DNA of 64,000 nucleotides from Prorocentrum cordatum (GCA_963575745.1 CAUYUJ010000001.1:310001-374000), one strand, 5' to 3'. Shown: positions 1 through 12,089, numbered from the stretch's first letter. Made by a program: numbers and translations. The notes: generated by a model not told the origin, from the letters alone.

Positions 1-230
1 CCGCGAGGCCCAGGGGCCCGCCAAAACGTTCGAAGATACCTCCAAGACGCCACCAGAGAAGAGGAAGAGGCGGAGGAGGAGGAGGAGGAGGAGGAGGAGG
101 AAGGGAGGAGGAGGAGAAGGCGGAGGAGAAGGAGGAAGAGGGGGAGGAGAACAGCTGCCGATCATCGGCGCTCTTCGTTCGAGTGCCTGGTGTAGGATGG
201 GCTGGTGGGGATGCGCGAAGCGCCAAGAAT
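1..230 (+). mobile_element. 3' part of Helentron/HINE-like non-autonomous element (family H), truncated by the window start
   Basis: Ends in ATGGGCTGGTGGGGAT-GCGC-GAA-GCGC-CAAGAAT (197-230), the same terminus as at 10814-10847 and 57981-58014; internal CCAAGA motif and (GAG)n tract. Confidence 0.65.
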
Positions 231-247
231 TCTTCGCCCCCCTAACG

Positions 248-357
248 TTAGGTCGGGCGCGTCCTCCTCGGGCAGATTTTGGACGACAAATTCAACGATG
301 TCAAACAATACTCAAACATGGAGAAGACGAAAAGTCGAAACATCGCCCCCGGACTCT

Positions 358-388
<31 letters not shown>

Positions 389-424
389 CGGATACCCCCC
401 CGTATAGGGGCACGCCCGACTTAA
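248..424 (+). mobile_element. MITE family A copy (diverged, internal (AT)n)
   Basis: Left end TTAGGTCGGGCGCGTCC; right end CCCCCGTATAGGGGCACGCCCGACTTAA; both match the family A terminal inverted repeats. Confidence 0.75.
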
Positions 425-598
425 TCTTATATCTCGGTCCGACTGTGCCCCGGGGCGCCCCGCAGAGGGCGCGCCGCGTGCCATCGCGGCGGGCGGCGCC
501 CTGGCCGCGCCGCCGCGCAGTGAAATCGGGCGCGCCCCTTTACCGGGGGAGTTTTCAACCGTAATCAAAAATAGTCAGGAGACGACTTCTCCACGATC

Positions 599-601
<3 letters not shown>

Positions 602-648
<47 letters not shown>
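602..648. repeat. (GA)n microsatellite
   Basis: Pure GA dinucleotide run. Confidence 0.95.
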
Positions 649-650
<2 letters not shown>

Positions 651-1058
651 CCATGGGCGTTTTTGCCCCCCAGCCCTACGCATGCATTTGCAACGGCATA
701 GAAAACGAAAAAGCAGGAGGAGGACCAACAAAAATGAGGAGGGAGAGAGGGGGGGGAGAGAAGAGGGGGGGCCAGGGGAAGGAAGAGCGAGGATGGGGGA
801 GGGGGAGGACAGCAGGCAGGGGGCTCAGCAGCAGGCCACGTTGGACTCCTCCCTGGTGGCGAAAGCGGTAGCCGCGCCGCCCAGGGTCGAGGTGCCCCCC
901 AAGGGAGGCGACTGCGAGAGCTGGATGCGCATGCGGCCGCGTGTCTTTCCAGCGCTCGGCTTTGCTTCGGCTCCCGCGCCGAGCCTCCGCATGTGCATTC
1001 AGCGACGACGACGACGGCGGCGGCGACGGCGACGACGGCGGCGACGAGCGGCGGCGGC

Positions 1059-1089
<31 letters not shown>

Positions 1090-1140
1090 GCGGCGACGAC
1101 GACGACGGCGACGACGGCGGCGAAGACGGCGGAGAAGACG

Positions 1141-1640
1141 CCGCTGGGAGAGAAACGGCCGCTGCGACAGAGAGTGCAAAGTGTACTCTGAAGATAACTG
1201 CGCTTCAATTCATATTTATACATACTGTATGATATGGGTCGTTATCATAATCACCATTTCCACTCTGGACCGCCCTGCTCGCCGATTCCGAGTGCTGGAG
1301 GCCTTTTGCGTCTTCGGCCGCCGCTGAGAGAGAAACTGCCGGCGCGACATCAACTTCCAGAGAGTGCGCCATGTGCGCTCTGAAGGTAACTGCGCTTCAA
1401 TTCATCTTTAGACATGCTGTGCGATATATACCATTGCCACAATCACCATTTCCACTCTGGACCCCCCTGATCTCTGATTCCGAGTGCTGGAGGCCTTTTG
1501 CGTCTTCAGCCTACGCTGGGAGAGAAATTGCCGGTCCGACACAATCTTCCAGATAGTGCGCCAAGTGCACTCTGAATGTAACTGCGCTTCAATTCATCTT
1601 TATACATACTGCATCATATGTATCGTTATCATACTCTTCA
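1141..1640 (+). repeat. Tandem repeat, unit ~180-195 bp, about 2.6 copies
   Basis: CGCTG(G/A)GAGAGAAA...TAACTGCGCTTCAATTCAT...GAGTGCTGGAGGCCTTTTGCGTCTTC recurs from ~1141, ~1321 and ~1515 (last copy partial). Confidence 0.9.
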
Positions 1641-1934
1641 TTTCTGGTACCAATATCATCATTCTCCTCTTTTCCGCCCTCGCCCTTTGCCATGAGTGGT
1701 TCAAACCTACAAGCAGAGAAAGCTAGTCAACTGCTTGTTGACTTACAAGTTAGCTGATGGCTAACGTTATGTGTGGCGGCATGAAAACACTAGGCGTGGC
1801 GTTAGACACCGCAGGAACAACCAATCAACTTCTGGCAGGCACTGACAAAGCCACTTCCGCTCAGAAGTTACATTTGTGTCACGGAAAACCCCATCATTAA
1901 GTTTGATGCTCCACCGTTAACGGAGATTGCAGAC

Positions 1935-3360
1935 TTGCCAATATACGCGTTTCCACATACGAACGATAATCAGGGAAACCGGTGGGCGCTAGATTGTATT
2001 TTCGCATGGAGCGGGAAATTTGAAGACGATGACAAAACTGTGGTAAAGAATTTGGCAAATAACTTCCACGGAAATCATGATTGGAGTGAGCAATGGGACG
2101 GCGCGTACAATGATCACGTGAAAGGACTCATCGCCAAGGAAATGGAGTTGGGCAAATACAGAAACCTACCCAATCCATTTGGCCCGTCAAATTCGTGGCA
2201 AGTGGCATGCACAATGCAACTTGCGATAGTGCCCGCCGGCGATAAGTTTCACATCATCAAACGCATTATGTTCGACGAGTTGCAAAAGCTTGCGAAAATG
2301 CAGGATGAACTCGCGCGCGGCTCCGTACATCGGAATCCGCGGTGGCCTCGCCAGTCTCTACGAAGAAAATATTCCAGATAATATTTGAAGGGCCTGGTGG
2401 GTTTCAAGTTCGCTACGGTAAATGGTCAGGGGATGCTGAAGAAACGCGAGTTGATTTCAATATGATTGCAGCTGGGTGCCAGCTTATGCGCAAGATGAGG
2501 CCGTTCTGAAACAACGAAGGTCGGTTTGCAGAGTGGGTGGATGTGTGGGCAAAAAAACCAGAAAGCCCAATGTTGGATTGGCCAGGAGCAAAGTGCAGAT
2601 CGTTTTTGGAATGCTGTGCGAGAGGCGCTACTACTGCCAGAACGATTGATTTCGATTTTACCACCTACCAGGATTTGAAGCCGTGGTTCTTGGATTTGGT
2701 GCTGAAATATAAGATTGCCACGCATAAAGAACGCGGTATTCTATGGATTGGACTTTCGGAATGCGGTAAAAGCTTGCGTTCAAGGACGCACGCCTTCACG
2801 GTGCCCAACCATTGGATAGCAGAAGAAAAGCGAGACGACGGGCGCCCTGCCATAGCGATTGCCAAATTCATATGTTCAGAGGGGAGCGAAATACTGTATT
2901 CAAGCCGTGTATTTTGGATGATGGGAAATTCTAGCAGCTTGGGGCTGATCTGGTGAAAGCTTTCTTGTACCCCGCAGAGGCAGATGCTCTTCTATGGGCC
3001 AGATGGGGGGGGGGGGGGGGGGGCTCGGGCTTCGACGTGCATTCGCGCCGCCAAGCAGTGAGTCAGCAGTGCGACCATAAATTGGCCAAGCAATTTGCGC
3101 GGAAAGATAAAATCTCTGACGAGGGTTGGCAGAAGCTCATTATGCCATCAATCGATAAAGAAGCAGACGATGAGGATTGGGTAGCATTCAGGCGCCGTTT
3201 CCACACTATCGCCACTACTCGCGAGGGATTTTTGCACCGCAATGCTACAGAGGAGTTAGTGGACGTCCCCTGCATTCATTGGTCGAACGGCGAAGATATG
3301 GATACTTTCAAACCAGAGGTGAAACAAACGATGCAGAAATGGAAAAAAATGGGCAACTAA
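1935..3360 (+). pseudogene. Decayed SF3 (CRESS-DNA Rep-like) helicase/P-loop ATPase gene
   Basis: Joining frames gives Walker A GILWIGLSECGKS (2735-2773), Walker B FKPCILDDG (ILDD 2911-2922), KAFL..ARWGG, a motif C-like RQAVS, and an Arg-finger-like AFRRRF. Frameshifts and an in-frame stop near 2932. Confidence 0.6.
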
Positions 3361-3782
3361 AGGGGGTCCCACCAAATTATCACGACGATGTGAAGTGGTC
3401 TTTGTAATATTTGAGCAGGGCTATGGGGGGCGAGGCGATTCCCCATTCGAGGGCCATCAGGCCTCCATCTGCACGGGGCGCCAGAGGGTTATTCAATGAT
3501 CCATCGATGTCATCCCAGTGATACGACCATCCCCTATTAACGGCTGCCGGGTTTAGCTCTTTGGGTCGCAGCGTGAATGCAGCTCCGACTGCGTTTTGCG
3601 GCGCCTCAAGAAAGGCAGCGCATTCTATCGATGAAAGCAGAACCTCTCCACGGAAGCGAGTTTGATCTGACTGCTGTTACGCATCAGAGGAAGCACAGCA
3701 GGGCAGAGGAGCCAGAGATTCTTGGCGCACCCAAGAAAGACAAGACCACGGCTGAGGCAGACCCAGCCGACGAAGATGGGAA

Positions 3783-3839
<57 letters not shown>

Positions 3840-4419
3840 TGGGAGGAAACTGGCAGGGAGGGCGTGGCCCGCGCCGTTCATGAGTCTCGCGTCAACGCGG
3901 GAATGTCAGCTGGATCTCGCCCAAGCAACTACGATTTGGATGAGGAGGGCGTGTTTGGTCACCAACGTGAGGGTTCGTACTGATAGCGATTCGCGCCACT
4001 CTGCGACGTGAATATGAAGGCAGCTGCTTGCTGTTAATGTGCACCTTACGCTCTAACTTCGTACCTTTTGGTAGTTGAGATTTCGACTGCAGGTCAATTG
4101 CATATACAAGCGCTGCTGCTATCAACGAAACTTATGCTGAGCGTTTGTATATAAATGCCGTTGCCACCGGCGAAACTCACGCGCGTGCTTGCAAAATGTC
4201 GCTGCTAGCGATACAAGAGAAACTCGACTTAATGTTGCGCTTAGAAAAAAATCATACTTGGCAGTTCTGCTTAATCATGCATGCGGCTTCATATCGTTGC
4301 GATGTCAATGTCCACTGTTGTCGCCGCAGTAGCCATCGGCTCAAAACAAATTGGCCCATTGCCACGTCGACGCAAGTTTGCGCTTTAGCGAGCTCTATAT
4401 AAGTCGGCTGCTCGCCGGC

Positions 4420-5698
4420 ATGCAATGCTGTACTCTTACCAGATGCATGCGCTGTTCTCCTGCGCTTCAAGAGAAAAAGAGGCGCAGGCCGAGATCGCGA
4501 AGCCACGGTTTGGAACGGGTCTGCTTGGGGGCGCGTAAAGCATGGAACGAAAATGTACACGAACCAGAAGTGCAGAACAATTCATAAGCTCAACTACGCT
4601 CGGTGTTTTAATATGAGATTAAATTTCTTGACAAAAGACAACGTCACGGATCAAACTGTTTTGTTGTTGCGCACGGGCTTGGGTTTCAGACGGTGTTATT
4701 TGCGTCAACTTTGGCATCGTACGTGTCGCTCTGCTCAAAGCAGCCGGAGCGGAAGCGGCGAGCATTTTGCTCGCTCATCCTGATTGGAAGCCTCAGTGCG
4801 AGGAGGAAGGGAAAACAGGAAAGATCAAAGGTAATCACGTGGAGAACTTTCTCGGCCGTAAGACTCGCGACGCTTTGTGTTTTATCTCAGAATTCAAAAA
4901 GAAGGCGTTTGCGATTTCGATGCTACAGATCCCGCTCCAGAGAAAAACCCTGAGCACGGCGTAAAGAACGAGGGGTTCCTTGATGCATTCAACGCAGTCA
5001 AGCGCGACATAGTCTTCATGCGAAGTGCAAAGATCAATAATCCTAAAGACGTTGTAGCAGATGGGAACGAGAAGGTGACGCGCATCATAATGGGGGACGA
5101 GGGGAAGTTCAAAAAGAAATATAAGCAGAGAAGTAGACCCGTTGTAAACAAAAAGGATCGACGATGTCAGCACGTCAAAAAGGTTGCCGAAACCAAAGGG
5201 AAAAATACCAGAATTGGTGGTCTCTGGGTTACAATGGACATGCAAAAGAGAGGCCAAGAAGGGGCCTTACATGCAGTTCTCCACTTGGGAGAAATGATGA
5301 ATGGCGAATGCGCAGGATATAAGGAGGGGGCGCTGCGACAACTGAAGAAATCTAGGATTGCAGTTCGCGATTACGTTGGGGGTTGCAACTGCGTGTGTCA
5401 CAGTTGGAAGGGGGCCCTGTTCTCTGGTGGATGCTATCTTGATGGGTTCCATTGGAAAAGACATAAGTGTGATGCGCCCCGTTTCCCGAAGAAGAAGCCG
5501 ACTTGCAATTCTCAAGCTGCTGAGCAGTTCTGGTCTAAGTTGAACAAATTGCGGCTTCTATGCGCAATGCGAAGAGCGCGCTACATATTTCTTCTTCGAC
5601 AGTTCTGCGCGCGGCGCAACCGATTCTCTCGCTCTGAGAAGCGCAGGAAGGACTGCACTCCAGCAGTAAGCAAGAAGCGTGCTCGCACGGGCAAGTGA
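4420..5698 (+). pseudogene. CxC-domain + KDZ (Kyakuja-Dileera-Zisupton) transposase, frameshifted
   Basis: ORF 4877-5698 has VVADGN (DGN 5060-5068), YVGGCNC, LDGFHWKRHKC (5438-5470), NSQAAEQFWSKLN and a C-terminal FLL...RRN, the KDZ motif order. Upstream fragments CMRC...TNQKCRTIHKLNY...GF..YLRQL resemble the associated CxC domain. Confidence 0.8.
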
Positions 5699-5990
5699 AC
5701 AACCCAGGAGATATTCTCGCTCATTAAGAGAACTGCTTGTCCTCACAAAAAAGCTGTTCGCTTTCGCATTAGGCGCTGCGCGCGCAAGAAGACTGATCGT
5801 CTTCACAATGGCTGAGCCGCAGCCTACGACAGTTTCACTGCTCAAGTTGTGTCCCCCAAAAGTACCATTCATCATAATCACTATCACCATTCATGCGCGT
5901 TCCACCGCTACGCACAATATCGTTATTATATTGAATATTGTTATGTTCATAGAATTGTTCTGGTATGAATGCCGCGACTCTAACTGGTAC

Positions 5991-6325
<335 letters not shown>

Positions 6326-6668
6326 CTTCTTCTTCTCTTGCTCCTTCTCTCCTTCCTGCGCCGTGCCTGGGTCGTAGATCAGCCTCTGTTCTTGCATTGT
6401 TGCCGCGACCCCAACTGATCCGTAGAACTGACGGTTCAAGGTTTTCGCCGTTCGAGTTCCCGCGATCATCCGCAGTGCGGCCCCCTGGCTCACACGCATC
6501 GCCAGCCGCCGAAACTGGGGTGATTTTGGCGACAAGTTATGAAAATATTTAAAATCAGCACATGGATTGAAAATCAACAAAAAATGTGCATGATGCTAAA
6601 AAGGAAGGTGGTGGCGTGGTGAAATTGCGGAAAAAGAGTTCCCACAGTCTGCGCGTGCATTAAACCAT

Positions 6669-7823
6669 GTGTTTACACGTGGTGGATCTTGTTCTTCAGT
6701 CAATCAACAGTCCGTTGTGTACTTGCCGGTTCAAGGGTATTTCTATCAGAACGGATGTGGCCCATGTGGTCAAACAGCACATGGGCAATCTTTTGTCGGC
6801 CCCGTCGGCGGCCAGAGGGCGGATATCAAAGATAGCTCGTCGTCCTCTTCTTCTTCGGGCGACGATGGCGATGACAAGGGCAACGTGGCATTTGGAGAAA
6901 GCAATGCGAAGTCGAAAGGTTCACCCCCCGCCGATCACGCCGATGAGTTAGGGCCATTGCAAGGGGCGCGACCAAAAAGTTTGGCACTCAGCAGCAAGAA
7001 ACGTTGTTGGGCGGATAGTTCGCAAGATGGGGATTTGTTAAGCCCGCGCGGCGAGTGCCCAATGCCGCCTCCTCCTCCGCAATCCGCCACTGCCAGTGAC
7101 AGGCCGCATGCCGAAAAGAAGAAATACACTGATATTTGGCTCATCGCGGGAGATGATGCGCTGCGTCGCGGTTTCTTGCAAAGCATTGAACAGGAATCGG
7201 CTGACAACGGTTGCGCGCTCGATCGCATCAAGCTGCCGGCAGACATTGCCCTGCACGCTGATGTTGCGTTATCTCACGTGCTGTTCTGTTTGGATGCTGG
7301 CCTCTTCGGAGAACAAGTCAAGGGCGACGCAAGCGTCCACTGGGTCATTTCAGAAGGCTGTTTTAAAAAGTGGCCGAGATCATATCAGTCGTCATTTTAA
7401 AGCATATTGGATAACATTAACCATTGTTTGAAGTCCATTGGAGTGGATGGGAAGTCGACGCGCCGGATGGAATCAGGAGCAAAGCAAGCGAGCTACTCGC
7501 GCGAATTCCTGCCGAGGGCTTCCTTGGAAACGTTCATGGCATTAGGAGACGGACCCGTTGGCACTATAGACGCACCTGTTTACAAGGGGCGACTTTGCTG
7601 GCTCAAGAAGCGCGTGCTCCCCGAGGACAATCTCATTGAGGAGATTGTCCACGCGAACAATTACACTCCTGACAAGGCGCCGAACGGCGTGAGGCTATGG
7701 CGCAACCCAAGAAGCGAGACTAAGGATATGTTGCATGAAATTGCAATCCGATCTGGGACTGGCGCCAATGTGCTCGTAGTTGTGTTTGGCCCAGCGGGCA
7801 AGGCGCTTTGCCCTAAATGGTAG
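6669..7823 (+). pseudogene. Orphan reading frame (~385 codons) with one internal stop; function unknown
   Basis: ORFs 6669-7400 and 7407-7823 are in the same frame, separated by a single TAA; complex, protein-like composition. Confidence 0.5.
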
Positions 7824-8172
7824 CTTTCTTGGCTTGTATACTGCGATGTGCAATTGCCAGAAGTGGTTGTTAGCAATTGAAGTTCTGCTCTCACCTTCTC
7901 CTCGTTATCGTCCCAAGCTGGCTGCTCGCTAGCATTCCCAATGCAGCTGCTAGCTACACCCAGGGTAGCTGCTAGCTACCGCGCGCTTGGATAGCCTGCA
8001 GAGGAGCAACGCGAGGAAAAACACAACAGTTTCATATTCAGCATGAAGGTTCCTGCGCTTCGCGCTCCATTCCGCCGTCTCCGTGGTGCTCGCAGGATCT
8101 GCGGTGGTCTTAGTAGTAGTTATGGTAATCGTAGTAGTAGTAATAATAATAAGAGAGAGCGACAGGGGAGGT

Positions 8173-8243
<71 letters not shown>

Positions 8244-8257
8244 ATGAGAGCGATTGG

Positions 8258-8294
<37 letters not shown>

Positions 8295-8349
8295 GAGAGA
8301 GAGAGAGAGAGGAAAGGAGAGGGGAGAGAAAAACGGCGGGAGGCAAAGT

Positions 8350-8670
8350 GAGTCTTTCTGTATTCCGCCGCGAAAGAAATCTCTTCGTATTCCGCCACCA
8401 AGGGAATTCTTTCGTATTCCACCACAAAGGGAAACCTTTTGTATTTCGCAAAGCATATCCTGTTGTACTCCGCCGCAAAAGGCGTTCCTTTGTATTCCGC
8501 TACAATAGGAATCCTTTTGTATTCGGCCACAACAAGAAACCTTTTGTATTCCGCCAGAAAAGTAATCATTTTGTATTCCGCCGCAAAAAGAATCATTTGT
8601 ATTCCGCTACAAATGGAATCCCTTTGTACTCGGCCACAAGAAGAAATCTTTTGTATTCCGCCACAAAAAT
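8350..8670 (+). repeat. ~24-bp minisatellite (TTGTATTCCGCCACAAAAGGAATCC-like)
   Basis: About 13 degenerate copies; resumes at 11222-11352 and appears inverted at 11685-12045. Confidence 0.9.
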
Positions 8671-8880
8671 TACCCTGGCGACGTACCCGACCCCTGCGCA
8701 AAAGCGGGGCGCAAATAGTTTAGGATACTTTATAAAGGGGGCGATGACGGAACGAGGGTTACATATGTCTGCAGACGGAATTCGGGAGACTCGCAGGACA
8801 CCGGCTACAGGAAAAGGGCTTGATAACACTGATGATTTACAATTCCTGAACACTCCTAGCCACTTCGAAAACGGGGATCA

Positions 8881-11140
8881 CAGCAGGCCTCGAAAGTGGC
8901 GACAAGTTCACAGATCGCAGCCCCGCAGGGATGGCGAGGTCTCATTTGAATCTGCCCGTGGCCCTCACTGTGCTGGGCCCCCCAGCAGGCCTCGAAAATG
9001 GCGACAGTTTCGCAGATCGCAGCCCCCCAGGGATGGCGAGGTCTAATTTGAATCCGCGCGTGGCCCTCACTGTGCTGGGCCCCCCAGCAGGCCTCGAAAA
9101 TGGCGACAGTTTCGCAGATCGCAGCCCCCCAGGGATGGCGAGGTCTAATTTGAATCTGCGCGTGGCCCTCACTGTGCTGGGCCCCCCAGCAGGCCTCGAA
9201 AATGGCGACAGTTTCGCAGATCGCAGCCCCCCAGGGATGGCGAGGTCTAATTTGAATCCGCGCGTGGCCCTCACTGTGCTGGGCCCCCCAGCAGGCCTCG
9301 AAAATGGCGACAGTTTCGCAGATCGCAGCCCCCCAGGGATGGCGAGGTCTAATTTGAATCCGCGCGTGGCCCTCACTGTGCTGGGCCCCCCAGCAGGCCT
9401 CGAAAATGGCGACAGTTTCGCAGATCGCAGCCCCCCAGGGATGGCGAGGTCTAATTTGAATCCGCGCGTGGCCCTCACTGTGCTGGGCCCCCCAGCAGGC
9501 CTCGAAAATGGCGACAGTTTCGCAGATCGCAGCCCCCCAGGGATGGCGAGGTCTAATTTGAATCCGCGCGTGGCCCTCACTGTGCTGGGCCCCCCAGCAG
9601 GCCTCGAAAATGGCGACAGTTTCGCAGATCGCAGCCCCCCAGGGATGGCGAGGTCTAATTTGAATCCGCGCGTGGCCCTCACTGTGCTGGGCCCCCCAGC
9701 AGGCCTCGAAAATGGCGACAGTTTCGCAGATCGCAGCCCCCCAGGGACGGCGAGGTCTAATTTGAATCCGCCGTGGCCCTCACTGTGCTGGGCCCCCCAG
9801 CAGGCCTCGAAAATGGCGACAGTTTCGCAGATCGCAGCCCCCCAGGGATGGCGAGGTCTAATCCCACCAGCCCTCTGGGCGTAGGTGGTCTAGAGCAGAT
9901 CCTCTTCCACCCCTCCCTCTTCCCCCTTGGGGAGGGGTTTACCCCTCCCCCTACCCCCTCCCCTGGACCTGGACGGGGGGGGCCGCGGGTAGTTAGAGCG
10001 TCCCAGATGGCCCAAGACGGCTCCAAGAGCGCCTCAGAGAACCCAAGATGAGCTCCAAGATGGCTCAAGATAGCGCAAGATCGCTCGAGATGGCTCCTAA
10101 GATGGTTCCAAGAAGCCCAAAGACGGCCCCAAGATAACTCCAAGTGGCCAAACAGCTCCCCAAGGAGGCCCCGAAGAGGCCAAAATCGTCCCAAAACCTA
10201 AGGAAAATCAATGATTTTTGCTTTCTCGCCTTTTCGCTTCCGATGGCCATCCGAGGCCTGGAGATGGTTCCAAGATGGCCCAAGAGGGCCCCAAGAGAGC
10301 CCCAAAAGAGCCCCAAGACGGCCCCAAGAGCGCCCAAGAGCACTCCAAGAGCGTTCCAAGAGGGGTCCAAGAGGCGATTTTAGGGGCTTCCGAGGGGGGA
10401 CGCTAATTAAACCCCCCCTCTTGTTTGATCGATCTCCTCCAAGATGGCCCCAAGAAGCGCCCAGGAAGCCCCAAGAGGTCCCAAGATGGCCCCAAAATGG
10501 CCCCAAGAGGCCCCCAAGAGGCCCCCCGGAGGCCCCCAAGAGACCCCCAAGAGGCCCCAAGAGCCCCCCCAGATGCACCCAAGATGCTCCAAGAGGCCTC
10601 GGCGAGAATGCCTAATCATTGATTCTACACAGGTTTTAGCCACATGGAGGCCTCTTGGGGGGGGGCACGGATTAAGATGACTCCAAGAGCGTCTGGGAGA
10701 GCCCAAAATGACCTCCAAGATGGCTCAAGATATCCCAAGATGTCTCATAATGGCTTCCTCTGTGTGCTGCCCACTTCTCTGATCGAGGCAATTCCTCTGG
10801 GCATCGTTTCTGGATGGGCTGGTGGGGATTCGCGAAGCGACAACAATTTGAATCCGCGCCGTGGCCCTCACTGTGCTGGGCCCCCCAGCAGGCCTCGAAA
10901 ATGGCGACAGTTTCGCAGATCGCAGCCCCCCAGGGATGGCGAGGTCTAATTTGAATCCGCGCGTGGCCCTCACTGTGCTGGGCCCCCCAGCAGGCCTCGA
11001 AAATGGCAACAGTTTCGCAGATCGCAGCCCCCCAGGGATGGCGAGGTCTAATTTGAATCCGCGCGTGGCCCTCACTGTGCTGGGCCCCCCAGCAGGCCTC
11101 GAAAATGGCGACAGTTTCACAGCTCGCAGCCCCCCGCGGG
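8881..11140 (+). repeat. 102-bp near-perfect tandem array (~13 units) interrupted by a family H insertion
   Basis: CAGCAGGCCTCGAAA recurs at 8881, 8983, 9085 ... 9798, then resumes after 10847. Confidence 0.95.
9863..10847 (+). mobile_element. Complete Helentron/HINE-like element (family H)
   Basis: 5' CCCACCAGCCC is inverted to the subterminal GGGCTGGTGGG, followed by hairpin TCGC-GAA-GCGA and CAACAAT; inserted cleanly at AAT^T in a 102-bp unit; internal CCAAGA repeats. Confidence 0.75.
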
Positions 11141-11221
11141 CAAGACAGGAAGAGGCGGGAGGAGAAGGGACGCGACCACACTGCTCTCTTCAAAACGAAT
11201 ACCCAACCAAGGAGGGTTTGG

Positions 11222-12045
11222 AACAAGAATCCTTTGTGTTCCGCTACAAAAAGAATCCCTTTGCACTCGGCCACAAAAGGATTTTTTGTATTCCGCCACA
11301 AAGAAAATTCTGTCGTACACCGCCACAAAAAGAATTCCTTTGTATTCCGCCACAGCTATCACAGCTTTTTAAATGATTTTCAAGCTATGGAAATTAATTT
11401 CAATAAAAAGCTGTGAAACCACAAGGTTCCCTTATATTTTTCATTCGAAAATCAAAGAAAACCATGTGTTTTCACAGAGTTTCATTGAAATAACTTCCAT
11501 CGTTGGAAAATCATTAAAGAAGCTGTGATAGCTGTGTCTGGCCATGGTTTCCCCAATATTTTGATTAAAAATACTGTGATAGCTGTGTCTGGCTATTGTT
11601 TTCTTCATGTTTTTTTTTTTTAAAAAAAAAAAATGCTGTGATAGCTGTGCCTGGCCGTGGTTTTCAATTACTATAGTAATTTCAATAGGATTCCCTTTGT
11701 GGTGGAATACAAAACAATTCCTTTTGTAGTGGAACGCAATGGGATGCCTTGTGGCGGAGTACAAAGGAATTCCTTTTGCGGCGGAATGCAAAAGGATTTT
11801 CATTGTGGCGGAAAACAAAAGGATTTCCTTTGTGGCCGAATACAACGACATTCCTTTTGTAGCGGAATACAAAAGGATTCCTTTTGTGGCGGAATACAAA
11901 GGAATTCCTTTTGTGGCGGAGTACAAAAGGCTTTCCGTTGTGGCGGAAAAAAAAAGAATCCCTGTGTGGTCGAATACAAAGGGATTCCTTTTGCAGCGGC
12001 ATGCAAAAGAATTTCCTTTGTAGCGGAATGCAAAAGAATTCCTAC
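11222..12045. repeat. Fold-back structure: 24-bp satellite arms in opposite orientation around a ~73-bp inverted repeat
   Basis: 11351-11423 is the imperfect reverse complement of 11466-11536; the flanking satellites are also inverted relative to each other. Confidence 0.85.
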
Positions 12046-12089
12046 TTACAAATAAATGCATAGGGAGGGTGCCAAAAAAAACGCCAGGC

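Larger units (their letters stand above)
8671..11221 (+). mobile_element. Non-autonomous element carrying a 102-bp tandem array, with a terminal hairpin (family R)
   Basis: Interrupts the 24-bp satellite. Its end (..CTGCTCTCTTCAAAACGAATACCCAACCAAGGAGGGTTTGG) is homologous to the reverse complement of 36370-36530. Confidence 0.55.

Noticed and set aside
8881..9860. CRISPR array, or a 34-aa repeat protein (ORF 8931-9884)
   Set aside because: Units are contiguous and identical, with no unique spacers and no cas genes. The ORF is open on both strands only because the stop-free unit is a multiple of 3.
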